DNA from: Puniceicoccales bacterium
GTDB lineage: Bacteria; Verrucomicrobiota; Verrucomicrobiia; Opitutales; JAIRKQ01
Assembly (NCBI GenBank): GCA_031270385.1
Contig: JAISXS010000047.1
Coordinates: 1-34,724, forward strand
DNA length: 34,724 nt
Direction of reading: 5' to 3'
The notes beneath the pieces were generated by a model. The model was not told the DNA's origin and did no database searches. It was given only the letters and a program-made list of their open reading frames with translations. Below, in pieces: positions 1 through 8,468 of this stretch. A program made the translations under genes and the position numbers. The stretch's first letter is position 1, and each line of letters begins with the position of its first letter.

Positions 1-192
1 TCATGTCATAAGCATCCCAGGACGCGGAACGCCATCGAGGCCGCTGGATGCTCGCTAATTTACCTCCCTCCCTATTCTCCAGATTCCAATCCCATCGAAA
101 AATTTTGGGCTAACTCCAAACGAAAACTTTCCTCCATCCTCCATCTCTTTGCGTCCCTTGCCGATGCCATCCAGTATGCTTTTCTCAAGTAA
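1..192 (+). CDS. IS630/Tc1-mariner-family DDE transposase, 3' end only (gene runs off the left edge)
   Basis: Frame 1 is open from base 1 and reads ...HKHPRTRNAIEAAGCSLIYLPPYSPDSNPIEKFWANSKRKLSSILHLFASLADAIQYAFLK*. The LPPYSPDxNPIEKxW block is the hallmark C-terminal catalytic region of IS630-family transposases. The TAA stop at 190-192 lies inside the terminal repeat. It is absent from the ORF track because there is no start codon in the window. Confidence 0.8.
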   Translation, partial: SCHKHPRTRNAIEAAGCSLIYLPPYSPDSNPIEKFWANSKRKLSSILHLFASLADAIQYAFLK

Positions 193-205
193 GATAACCA
201 TATAG
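176..205 (+). mobile_element. Terminal inverted repeat (inner end) of the left IS630-family element
   Basis: ATGCTTTTCTCAAGTAAGATAACCATATAG overlaps the transposase stop codon. Its sequence is the same roughly 28-bp motif that bounds every MITE copy in the window, and it ends at a TA-rich junction (TATAG). Confidence 0.7.
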
Positions 206-385
206 TCATCTTCCTCGAGAAAAGGCACACTCCTCATCCCAAAAAACGGGAGTTTTCCGTTAAATATCGTTGAGTAGCATGCCTTTTTCAAGTAAGACGA
301 CTATAGTCGCTTTACTTGAAAAGGACGTGTTATTTTTTGTGAAAAGAAGAACTTTCCTACTAAATATTGTTAAACAAAATGACTT
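201..385. repeat. MITE copies (one complete inverted copy about 201-306, one partial copy about 301-385) derived from the IS630-family element
   Basis: TAGTCATCTTCCTCGAGAAAAGGCAC ... CCCAAAAAACGGGAGTTTTCCGTTAAATATCGT ... GCATGCCTTTTTCAAGTAAGACGACTATAG is the reverse complement of the unit seen at 24165-24271. It is followed by a second left-type TIR, CTATAGTCGCTTTACTTGAAAAGGAC. Confidence 0.7.
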
Positions 386-548
386 TATTTGGTGTGATGA
401 TTGTGAAATTTCGAAAAAATGAAACACATTCCAGCGTTTTTCACATAAAAATTTGGTAAATTTACAGTAAAAAATTTCGATATTTTGAGTTGACAAGGAA
501 ACATTTCTCTGCTTCTGATGGAACGTTTCTAAAACGATAGGAAAAATT

Positions 549-1121
549 ATGAACATCGAAAACAGAAATTTGGAAGCACAACACATCCCTTCGGTAGCGA
601 CATACTTCTATATTGGTAGAGGCACTAAAGACTATGAATTGCTTGACAGTGACGCGAGGTTCAGAATACTCGACGCTTGTAGAGGTTGGGCCACTTGGAA
701 GAAAGAGGGTGACAAATACGTACGGGAATTTTCCGTAAGAAACGCGTCCCGTTCGCTTTCTGAGAGAGGGGCAGAAAGTGCGAAAATTTCCGCCATACCT
801 ACTGGTATTTACGACGACGGCAGACAAATTGAAGTGTTGGTTGTGGTTGAATTCTCCGAGCTGAAGGTGGATTCTGGTGAACGTTTAAGTCTTCGTCGGA
901 GTGGGGTGTCCGACGCAAAGATCACTAAAAAGGCAGTCGAATGCGCTAGAAGCTCGAAACAGCTTGGAGTTGAAAAGGCGGAAGAACTTACAGATTCGTA
1001 TCATGAGTGCGAAAGAATCGCGAAAGAAAATCCCGCACTAGAGGTTTTTATGTGCTTGATCTGGATTCGTGGCTTTGTCGAGGTAAGCGATGTCGGGGGC
1101 ATGAATGAATCCATCGGTTGA
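549..1121 (+). CDS. Hypothetical protein (190 aa), no recognisable family
   Basis: Longest ORF in an island bounded by MITE arrays. A purine-rich AGGAAAA sits 4 nt upstream of the ATG. I recognise no motif. Confidence 0.45.
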   Translation: MNIENRNLEAQHIPSVATYFYIGRGTKDYELLDSDARFRILDACRGWATWKKEGDKYVREFSVRNASRSLSERGAESAKISAIPTGIYDDGRQIEVLVVVEFSELKVDSGERLSLRRSGVSDAKITKKAVECARSSKQLGVEKAEELTDSYHECERIAKENPALEVFMCLIWIRGFVEVSDVGGMNESIG

Positions 1122-1220
1122 TCTGGAAGATGGCGGGGAATGCTGGGTTCGAACCGATCGGCTAAGCTCTTATCTGGAAATTGTTTTTCCATATTTTTTC
1201 GCTGATATGTTGTCGCATAG

Positions 1221-1507
1221 AATGCTTTTCTCGGGGAAGATGACTATAGTTACCTTACTTGAGGAAAGCGTTCTGTTTGACGATATTTAGCGGGAAGATT
1301 TTCGCTTTTTGGAATAGAGGGTATGCTTTTATCAAGCAAGATAACCAGTCTTGTTTGACAAAAGCATTCCAATGCAACGACGTATCAATGGAAAATTCAT
1401 GCTTGAATGGAAAAACAATATGCTCTTTTCAGGTAAGATGACTATAGCGGAAAGGTTTTCATTTTTTGGAATAGAGGGTATGCTTTTCTCGAGGAAGATG
1501 GCTATAG
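1221..1507. repeat. MITE array (solo right TIR, two near-complete units, one partial unit)
   Basis: ATGCTTTTCTCGGGGAAGATGACTATAG | TTACCTTACTTGAGGAAAGC...GACGATATTTAGCGGGAAGATTTTCGCTTTTTGGAATAGAGGGTATGCTTTT... is repeated, with TIRs abutting at CTATAG. ORF-track entries 1105..1290, 1259..1441, 1332..1583 and 1351..1671 are translations of these repeats. Confidence 0.75.
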
Positions 1508-1611
1508 CACGGCCGGAACACGTGAAAACGAGTGATTGCTTGCCAAGACGGAACCGTGGACTGTCGTCGAGCTTGATCCTCAATGGAGTCCATGGGTCGG
1601 AAATGAATCGG

Positions 1612-3447
1612 TCATCTTTTGCGAATTCTTTCCGTCAACTGTTTGGTCTCCTTCGGCCATTTCGTCGGTAGTTTGTACTCATCCGAGGCAAGCGTCGGGT
1701 CCGCCGTCAGCTCACCGGGCTGCAAAAACCTGTCGTAGGTGTGGTCGTCGCTGCGAATTTCGACAACCGTTGGAGAAATAACATAAACTCGCTCTTTGAC
1801 TGTCTTTTCCTTTCCTGCGTGCTTGAATAACACACCAACTATCGGAATGTCCTTAAGCAAAGGCACTCCTCCGTTCGACGTACTGTTTACCTCAGTGTTG
1901 TATCCGCCGATCATCAAGCTCTGTCCTTCGTACAATACAGCCTGCGTATTCAACGAATGCTGCGTAACTGCTCCACCCGCCACCGATTCAAAGGACCCAT
2001 CGGAAATGTCAACGAAAAGCTTCATTTTTCTCCTGCCGTTGTTGTCGACATCCCCAGGTATGATGTGCGGGACGACTTGCAATTTTGTTGTCGCCGTCTG
2101 CGTGTACGCATTCGAACTATTAGCTCCAGATACAGTGGTATAGTGAACTTTACTCGTCTCCAAAATGGCAGCCACATTATCCAGCGTTAAAACGGACGGC
2201 TTCGACATAGTTTGCCCATTACCACTTTTTTCTATGGCATCGAGTGCAATCTCTATGGGTACGTTCCTTATTATTCCAGTGCTCCCAACTATTGTTCCAG
2301 TAGCGTCAGAATTTTTTGGATCTGTCCGAAATTTTATACTCCACGAACTATTTGGCGCAGTACCAGAGACTTTTATGCTGTTTAGGCCAATCGCCATCTC
2401 CGAGTTCTTATTGACATCCACGACTGCGGCATCGATTTTTATGACTTCGCAGGGAACATCGAGTGTCGCGATAATTTCTTCGTAAAACGGTATATTCTCC
2501 CGCCTATCACGGATTATTACGGCATTTAACCTCTGATCACACGTTATAAACCCAGGCAGCGTGGTCCCAGAGATGTCAACTGACTTTTCTCCAGGGATCC
2601 CTTCGCCGCTTTCACCCTTCTTGCCATCCGCTGTGCCCGACGAACCATCCCTCGCCTGTATCTTTTTTATACTATTGTTTATGTCCTTTGCGTATTGCGG
2701 CGTGTCATCGTGTATGCCGATCATTTGCTGCGACTCGGGTTTTTGAGCGCCACCAACGTTGACATTGAACGGAGAAAATACGCCTTCCGACCGTTGGCCA
2801 GAAATTATGCTCTGCAGCATGCTGGAAATACCAGGGACTGAGATTGATCCATTGGCGTAGTTAAACGTCATGTCGTACGCCCAGGCATACTTAAGTGGAA
2901 TTATTTTTACGATCGTTGTGTCCGAAATTTTACTCGGTACGAACTTCGCAGCAATATCATTTATGACACTCAAATATTGCGGTGGCGCCGTAACTATCAA
3001 AACATTGGCTTCCCCTATCCCGCGAAATGAAAAATCGGATGTCGCGAACTCAAGCCTGGAAAGAATGACGGATAGCGTTTCGATGCTATCCAAATCCATC
3101 CTAAAAATCTGCGTGTGCAATTCGGAACTCGGGTACACAAACATTATCTTTCCGTCGAAAAACCACACCAACCCATAGGCCTTCGTTATGTAATTCCAAA
3201 ATTCCACGGGATCCATTTTACTGAACCTACCGTTCACGATACGGTCAATTTTCCCGCTCACTATAACGGTCATCCCCTGCATTGCGAAGAAATCCTTGAT
3301 CAGTTCCGCCAGGTTCTGATTCCTTGCAAAGTGGTAGTAGCTTGCATTTGAAAATGGGAGCTTGGTATACGGGTCCTCCGCGACGGCCGCCAATTGGGAA
3401 CATGTCGCCACTAGAACGATTATCGAAAAAAATCTTGTAGTCTTCAT
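1612..3447 (-). CDS. sctC: Type III secretion system outer-membrane secretin (SctC/YscC family)
   Basis: The C-terminal secretin core reads GQSLMIGGY...GVPLLKDIPIVGVLFKH...RVYVISPTVV. T3SS-type blocks are present: N-terminal FWNYITKAYGLVWFFDGKIMFVYPSSEL (compare YscC LVWYYDG) and LFVDISDGSFE (compare IEDG). I set the start at the internal MKTTRFFSIIVLVATCSQLAAVAEDP, which looks like a signal peptide. That ATG overlaps the upstream gene's TGA as ATGA at 3444-3447. Confidence 0.9.
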   Translation of the reverse strand: MKTTRFFSIIVLVATCSQLAAVAEDPYTKLPFSNASYYHFARNQNLAELIKDFFAMQGMTVIVSGKIDRIVNGRFSKMDPVEFWNYITKAYGLVWFFDGKIMFVYPSSELHTQIFRMDLDSIETLSVILSRLEFATSDFSFRGIGEANVLIVTAPPQYLSVINDIAAKFVPSKISDTTIVKIIPLKYAWAYDMTFNYANGSISVPGISSMLQSIISGQRSEGVFSPFNVNVGGAQKPESQQMIGIHDDTPQYAKDINNSIKKIQARDGSSGTADGKKGESGEGIPGEKSVDISGTTLPGFITCDQRLNAVIIRDRRENIPFYEEIIATLDVPCEVIKIDAAVVDVNKNSEMAIGLNSIKVSGTAPNSSWSIKFRTDPKNSDATGTIVGSTGIIRNVPIEIALDAIEKSGNGQTMSKPSVLTLDNVAAILETSKVHYTTVSGANSSNAYTQTATTKLQVVPHIIPGDVDNNGRRKMKLFVDISDGSFESVAGGAVTQHSLNTQAVLYEGQSLMIGGYNTEVNSTSNGGVPLLKDIPIVGVLFKHAGKEKTVKERVYVISPTVVEIRSDDHTYDRFLQPGELTADPTLASDEYKLPTKWPKETKQLTERIRKR

Positions 3448-3911
3448 TTTTTCCCAAAGAAACTCAACAACGGAGATACGGCCGCGGAAGATTGCTTCCA
3501 CTGCAATACCATATTCCAAAAATCTATGTTCCGCACGAACGACTCCACGGAATCAACCAAAAAATCAAATGAAATGCTGACTAATGGAATACACTTCGTT
3601 GTCGTAGGCCGCCCAGTCCTCCTATCCAGCGACAAAATTTCGTCATTGTGAATAATTCTTGCAAAATTCGCCATAAGAAGGTATCGCAACCGTTCCTCAT
3701 TGGAATTCGCCGCATCCGCATTCCGTATCGGTTCGCCGAACATCGCCTGGATTACCAGGATACCCTTATCTCGTTGGAACACGCGAATTTCCACTTCTCT
3801 ATCAAGGACAGCGTAGCGCTCGCCGTACTCGTCACTTTCCCACTGCTCTATCCTGAACAACCCCGAGACTATATCGACTGCTTCATCATACTCCATGAGC
3901 GAGCGGCCCAT
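3444..3911 (-). CDS. Putative T3SS class I (CesT/SycE-like) secretion chaperone
   Basis: Small acidic protein with the typical chaperone layout: GILVIQAMFGEP...EERLRYLLMANF...LSLDRRTG...FDFLVDSVESFVRNIDFW. It is translationally coupled to sctC by the ATGA overlap. The start is uncertain: ATG at 3911 (155 aa), 3896, or 3986. The 3986 start would overlap the glyQS end. Confidence 0.55.
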   Translation of the reverse strand: MGRSLMEYDEAVDIVSGLFRIEQWESDEYGERYAVLDREVEIRVFQRDKGILVIQAMFGEPIRNADAANSNEERLRYLLMANFARIIHNDEILSLDRRTGRPTTTKCIPLVSISFDFLVDSVESFVRNIDFWNMVLQWKQSSAAVSPLLSFFGKK

Positions 3912-3948
3912 TGTGCACACAAACTTGCCAATCTCAAGACAAATTTTT

Positions 3949-5484
3949 TCAAAAACATTTTTTATCAAGGAAAGCAAGCAGTTCATCCAAAGAAACTCTT
4001 TCTTGGTCCATGGAATCCCTATCCCTCAGAGTAAACGTCCCATTCGACAGCGTATCGAAGTCAATTGTTATGCAGTACGGTGTCCCGATTTCATCCATCC
4101 GGCGATATCTCCTACCGATTGCACCGCTCGCATCATAATACGTATTCCACCGCTGTTTGATAGTTTTATACACTTCATTTGCCACTGCGACTATCTCTCC
4201 ATTATTCTTTACTAGAGGAAAGATAGCAGCTTTTATGGGGGCAATGCGTGGAGAAAATCGTAGTACCGTACGCACGTCGCCGCCGACATCTTCCTCGTCG
4301 TACGCAGAACAAATAACGGCCAGTAAGGTTCTATCGACACCGGTAGCAGGTTCTATCACGTGGGGAACGTACTTCCTCTTCGTGTTTTCATCGAAGTATT
4401 CCATTGACTTCCCGCTGTGATTCTGGTGCTGCGTAAGGTCGAAGTTCCCGCGGGCGGCTATTCCCTCCAACTCCTGGGCACCAAATGGGTACTTAAATGT
4501 TATATCCGTACAAGCTTTAGAATAGTGGGCAAGTTTTTCCTTTTCGTGAACATCAATGGAGAGAAGTTCCCTGCGAATCCCTATGCTTTGGTGCCAATTA
4601 AGTCGCTCGGTTACCCAGTATTCATGCCACTTGCGCCATGATTCTTCCGAGTCATCTATGAAAAATTCTAACTCCATCTGCTCGAATTCCCTGGATCTGA
4701 ATACGAAATTTCTCGGGGTAATTTCATTGCGGAACGATTTTCCGATCTGTGCGATGCCGAATGGTATCCTTACCCGCGTTGTTGCAATGACATTTGAAAA
4801 ATTCGTGAATGTTCCCTGGGCAGTCTCCGGGCGAAGGTATGCAACTGTTGTATCGTCGACGACTGCCCCAACGTGCGTTTGAAACATCAGATTGAACGCC
4901 CGCGGCTGCGTCAAAGTCCCGATCGAACCGGTAATTGGCGACGGTATGCGTGCTATCTCTTCGGCAGAAGCCTCGCTCACGGGTCTTAATCCCAGCACTT
5001 CCAATTTTCCTGACCTTCCAGAATTCTTTTGCAACTTCTCGGCAACAATTTGCGCACTTTGTTCCGTATCGCCGCATTCTTGCACACAAATATACCCAAT
5101 TGACTCCCCGCCAGAAATGACGTCCGCAAAGAATAACTGATCGGCCCGGAATCTCATCTTCGATTCCCTGCAGTCTACCATCGGGTCCGAAAATCCAGCC
5201 ACATGACCGGATGCTTCCCAAATTTTTTGGTGCGATATTATGGAGCAATCCAAACCAACAACATCGTCCCTTCGCCTGACAACATCTGCCCACCAAGCGT
5301 CTTTAATATTTCGCTTCAATTCCACTCCGAGCGGCCCATAGTCGAAAAATCCATTAACACCTCCGTATATGTCAGATGACCTGAAGATGAACCCGCGCCG
5401 CTTCGCCAGCGAAATTATGCTACTCATAGCATCGTCTTCGCAGTCCCGGGAAGCACCATCGCCAACATTGGAAAAATTCACCAT
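3949..5484 (-). CDS. glyQS: Glycine--tRNA ligase, homodimeric (alpha2, class II) type
   Basis: [69 protein letters not shown] and GVDRTLLAV are characteristic of single-chain GlyRS. The likely true start is the [16 protein letters not shown] at 5427. The ORF maximum is given in the coordinates. Confidence 0.9.
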   Translation of the reverse strand: MVNFSNVGDGASRDCEDDAMSSIISLAKRRGFIFRSSDIYGGVNGFFDYGPLGVELKRNIKDAWWADVVRRRDDVVGLDCSIISHQKIWEASGHVAGFSDPMVDCRESKMRFRADQLFFADVISGGESIGYICVQECGDTEQSAQIVAEKLQKNSGRSGKLEVLGLRPVSEASAEEIARIPSPITGSIGTLTQPRAFNLMFQTHVGAVVDDTTVAYLRPETAQGTFTNFSNVIATTRVRIPFGIAQIGKSFRNEITPRNFVFRSREFEQMELEFFIDDSEESWRKWHEYWVTERLNWHQSIGIRRELLSIDVHEKEKLAHYSKACTDITFKYPFGAQELEGIAARGNFDLTQHQNHSGKSMEYFDENTKRKYVPHVIEPATGVDRTLLAVICSAYDEEDVGGDVRTVLRFSPRIAPIKAAIFPLVKNNGEIVAVANEVYKTIKQRWNTYYDASGAIGRRYRRMDEIGTPYCITIDFDTLSNGTFTLRDRDSMDQERVSLDELLAFLDKKCF

Positions 5485-5550
5485 CCGGTAAGGCTATTGC
5501 GGAAATAGCCACAAAGTCAATGCATATCCGTCAGACCATGTTTTTGATCC

Positions 5551-5776
5551 GTAGTTACCTTACTTGAGAAAAGTATTCTAATGCAACGACGTACCAACGG
5601 AAAGTTCATGCTTGTATGGAAGAAAGCGTATTTTTTTTCGTAAAAACATGAATCTTTCCGTCAAATATCGTTATAGTTGTCTTATTTGAGAAAAGCATTT
5701 TATGTTAGCGATATTTAGCGAAAAATTCCAGTTTTTTGAAATGAAGAGTGTGCTTTTCTCGGGGAAGATGACTGTA
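5551..5776. repeat. MITE array (about two units)
   Basis: GTAGTTACCTTACTTGAGAAAAGTAT...; TATAGTTGTCTTATTTGAGAAAAGCAT...GCGATATTTAGCGAAAAATTCCAGTTTTTTGAAATGAAGAGTGTGCTTTTCTCGGGGAAGATGACTGTA. Confidence 0.75.
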
Positions 5777-5796
5777 TGGCAATCGAATCAATCGCA

Positions 5797-6264
5797 TTAA
5801 TGCGCGTACGGGTAGGCTGCTACCTGAACCGTTGAAAATCCGGACTTTTTTGCAATTTCACAAATTTTTATGAGCACGAAAACTGGCAGAGATTTATCCG
5901 GTCGCACCAGAATGGCGCTCACAGCCGAACTACCACCAGCGCAATTCTCCCGCAAGTATTTTTTTATGCCGTTTTCAAGAGTGTCCAGCGAGAAAATGTT
6001 TCCGTTGAAAACTATAAACTTTTCGGATTGGACAGTTATCACACCCATCGTCTCAACGAACTCGACGGCATCAACGCTTGGCAGGGAGATACTGACTCCA
6101 GGCGATAGGATGAAACGCGAATTCAGGAGGACAAAAGTACAGCACAGCATCAGAATGTTTAAAACGCCAAATAACTCCACTCCGATGTCAGGTTCCCGTA
6201 ACACACGGCCACGGGATGGATTAAACCTCCGCACTTGCGGTATTTTTATCATTTTCAATCGCAA
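5797..6264 (-). CDS. exbD: ExbD/TolR-family biopolymer transport protein
   Basis: Single N-terminal TM (FGVLNILMLCCTFVLL), then the ExbD-type periplasmic domain (ISLPSV...ILVRPDKSLPVFVLIKICEIAKKSGF). It overlaps the 3' end of the upstream exbB-like gene. Confidence 0.75.
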   Translation of the reverse strand: MRLKMIKIPQVRRFNPSRGRVLREPDIGVELFGVLNILMLCCTFVLLNSRFILSPGVSISLPSVDAVEFVETMGVITVQSEKFIVFNGNIFSLDTLENGIKKYLRENCAGGSSAVSAILVRPDKSLPVFVLIKICEIAKKSGFSTVQVAAYPYAH

Positions 6265-6868
6265 TATAATTCAAAATTTCGCTGCGACTCCACTCCATGT
6301 CGTATATTAGGCGCCGTACTCTGCCGTGCAAAAAACTGTATGCAAGAATTCCTGTTATGTTCACCACAAAGCCAAATGATACCAAAACAACCGCCTGGCG
6401 GACAAATGAAATAACCACACCCGCGGAAAGATACGTTGCGGTATATTTTATACCATCCAATGTTTTGGACAACACTTGCAAAACGCCCATGAAGCCTATA
6501 ATTGGAGCGATCTTCGCTATTAATCGAATTGAGTTTAGGCGGCGTTCAAGAAGTGGAATTTCCAACAGCGCCACGTTATCCAAAGCATGTTCCAATTCTC
6601 TCTGTGGTTTTTCTCGAAAAACCAGTGCAGTTTTTACTATCAGAGCGGCAACTCCGGGGGAACTTTCACACACAGTTAACGCCTCGTTATGCCTACCGCG
6701 CTTCAACAATGAAACAACACCATCGAAAAATTGCCGCGGCTTTACTCTGCTGCCATGCAAAAACAAGCATCTTTCGGCGACGTAAGATAGTAGCACGACA
6801 AACAGAACTAAAAGTATTAGCATCGCAAAATTAGTCAGCGGAAGCCAACTGGAAAAAACTTTCCACAT
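6221..6868 (-). CDS. exbB: MotA/TolQ/ExbB-family proton channel protein
   Basis: Three-TM layout with the conserved region IAKIAPIIGFMGVLQVL (compare APLLGLLGTV) and a C-terminal TM pair. It is paired with exbD. The sequence is diverged. Confidence 0.7.
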   Translation of the reverse strand: MWKVFSSWLPLTNFAMLILLVLFVVLLSYVAERCLFLHGSRVKPRQFFDGVVSLLKRGRHNEALTVCESSPGVAALIVKTALVFREKPQRELEHALDNVALLEIPLLERRLNSIRLIAKIAPIIGFMGVLQVLSKTLDGIKYTATYLSAGVVISFVRQAVVLVSFGFVVNITGILAYSFLHGRVRRLIYDMEWSRSEILNYIAIENDKNTASAEV

Positions 6869-6967
6869 GGCGGCGATGAAAACACAACTCCAAATAATTT
6901 CAAATTAAAATTCTTCGTACTCTTTCAATACAGCTGTCACATTCGGCAATGGCATTCTATCCAACGA

Positions 6968-7061
6968 TATGTCGTCTTTTCCGAGAGAAGCATGTTGTTT
7001 CCGTGAATTTCTCCATCAGATATTGCTAAACAGAATGCTTTTCTCGGGGAAGATGACTATA
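6968..7061. repeat. Single MITE copy
   Basis: TGTCGTCTTTTCCGAGAGAAGCAT ... CAGATATTGCTAAACAGAATGCTTTTCTCGGGGAAGATGACTATA. Confidence 0.7.
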
Positions 7062-7085
7062 ACCGCGTGGACGCAAGTTCCGAAA

Positions 7086-8453
7086 TTAAATCAAGAAACA
7101 AGCAAGCCATCCGGAAATAAATACCGGAATTGTGAAATGTAAAAATGTCGGTATCGCGGTGTCGCTGATTAGGGAATGCTGACCATCGGCGTTCAACCCC
7201 ATCGTTGGCCCAAGGGTAGAGTCCGATGCCGGAGACCCCGCATCGCCAGTTATGCCAGACACTGCCACTATTATCACGATTGCAGCCGGCGAAAACCCGA
7301 GCTCAATTCCAAGCGGAACATACACGCTCGCGACAATTGGGACCGTCGAAAACGATGACCCTATGCCAACGGATATCAAAAATCCAACAAACAACATGCC
7401 AAAAGACGCCACCGCCTTGCTGTTCGTTGTGTGATCCGCTACCCAGTTTACGATGTCAGAAATGCCACCAGATGCACGTAACACGTGTCCAAATCCCGCA
7501 GCCGCTAGCATTGTAAAGGAAATTATCGACATCATTTTGAACCCATTTGCGACGACATTTTCCGAATCTTTCCTCCTGACAACCCCACCGAGGGACAATA
7601 CCAAAAAACCAGCCAACGCTCCTAAGATTATGTTTTTTGCTGCAAGTTGCACCGCTAACGCGGCGGCTATGGCGATGCAGGAAACTATCAAATCATTCTT
7701 GGAAAGTGGTTCATCCTTTTCAATTTTTTTTACTTCTGCGTCATCGTAGTTCCTCGGCCGCCTGTAGCGAATCAGCGCGATGCATAACCCAATTGCCATG
7801 CCGGTAACCGGCAGGATGAGCGCCAGAACAACTTCGTTCGTTGAAATTTCCAACCCATTCGTTCGCAAGCAATGCGTCAATATGTCGACCAAAAAAATCT
7901 CCCCAAACCCGATTGGAACTATCATATATGCGACAATCACACCAAATGTTATTATGCACGCAACGGCACGACGATCCACTTTCATCGCGTTGAAAATTCC
8001 GAGCAACGGCGGAATGAGGATTGGGACGAACGCAATGTGGACTGGAATTACATTTTTGCAAGCTATTGACATCAGCCCTATTGCTGAAAATAATATAACT
8101 TTCGCCGACTTTGAGGACGTGCCCCCACCCACCGCCAATTCTCCGTCGGACTTTTCCGAACGCAAATGCAATAATCTTGCAGCCTCCTCCATAAGGAATT
8201 TTGGAACGCCAGAATGTGCCAGCGCGGAGGCGAAAGCTCCCAGAATTGCGTAACTAACAGCGATCTTCGCACCACCTCCGAGACCTTCGGAAAATGTCGA
8301 TGAAAATAGCGAGACTGCTTCGCTAACTGTCTTCCCGCTCACCAGACTGCACGCTAGCGCACCGGTCGTCAACGCTATCACGACGTTGACACGAAAAACA
8401 CACATCATTAAGACTAGCGCCACGGATACAACGACTGGGTTAAACACTATCAT
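7086..8453 (-). CDS. Polytopic membrane transporter, YuiF-like / NhaC-superfamily (Na+/H+ antiporter family protein)
   Basis: About 12 hydrophobic segments. From memory, the N-terminus (VNVVIALTTGALACSLVSG...GLGGGAKIAVSYAILGAFASALAHSGVP) resembles B. subtilis YuiF-type proteins. It lies only 15 nt downstream of gyrA. Confidence 0.6.
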   Translation of the reverse strand: MIVFNPVVVSVALVLMMCVFRVNVVIALTTGALACSLVSGKTVSEAVSLFSSTFSEGLGGGAKIAVSYAILGAFASALAHSGVPKFLMEEAARLLHLRSEKSDGELAVGGGTSSKSAKVILFSAIGLMSIACKNVIPVHIAFVPILIPPLLGIFNAMKVDRRAVACIITFGVIVAYMIVPIGFGEIFLVDILTHCLRTNGLEISTNEVVLALILPVTGMAIGLCIALIRYRRPRNYDDAEVKKIEKDEPLSKNDLIVSCIAIAAALAVQLAAKNIILGALAGFLVLSLGGVVRRKDSENVVANGFKMMSIISFTMLAAAGFGHVLRASGGISDIVNWVADHTTNSKAVASFGMLFVGFLISVGIGSSFSTVPIVASVYVPLGIELGFSPAAIVIIVAVSGITGDAGSPASDSTLGPTMGLNADGQHSLISDTAIPTFLHFTIPVFISGWLACFLI

Positions 8454-8468
8454 CGATTGTAACCCTAT

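Noticed and set aside
1131-1205. Intact tRNA gene on the minus strand
   Set aside because: Only the acceptor-3', T-loop-like and CCA portions are present. The T-stem mispairs and no anticodon or D arms could be folded. It is kept only as a low-interest fragment.
1105-1671. Short ORFs 1105..1290, 1259..1441, 1332..1583 and 1351..1671, and likewise 55..291, 260..586, 23860..24108, 24230..24472, 27071..27298 and 27093..27275
   Set aside because: They are translations of MITE or IS-end repeats, with the recurring peptide MLFSGKMTI / LLEKSIL. Several overlap each other on opposite strands.
4724-5296. 190-aa alternative-frame ORF inside glyQS. Similar internal or antisense ORFs lie inside gyrA, gyrB, sctC, the transporter, tkt and the 988-aa gene, for example 32387..33052, 16294..16785, 7780..8253, 8778..9338 and 30115..30633.
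   Set aside because: All are embedded in longer ORFs with clear family signatures. Their compositions (Arg/Cys/Ser-rich) are typical of off-frame translation.
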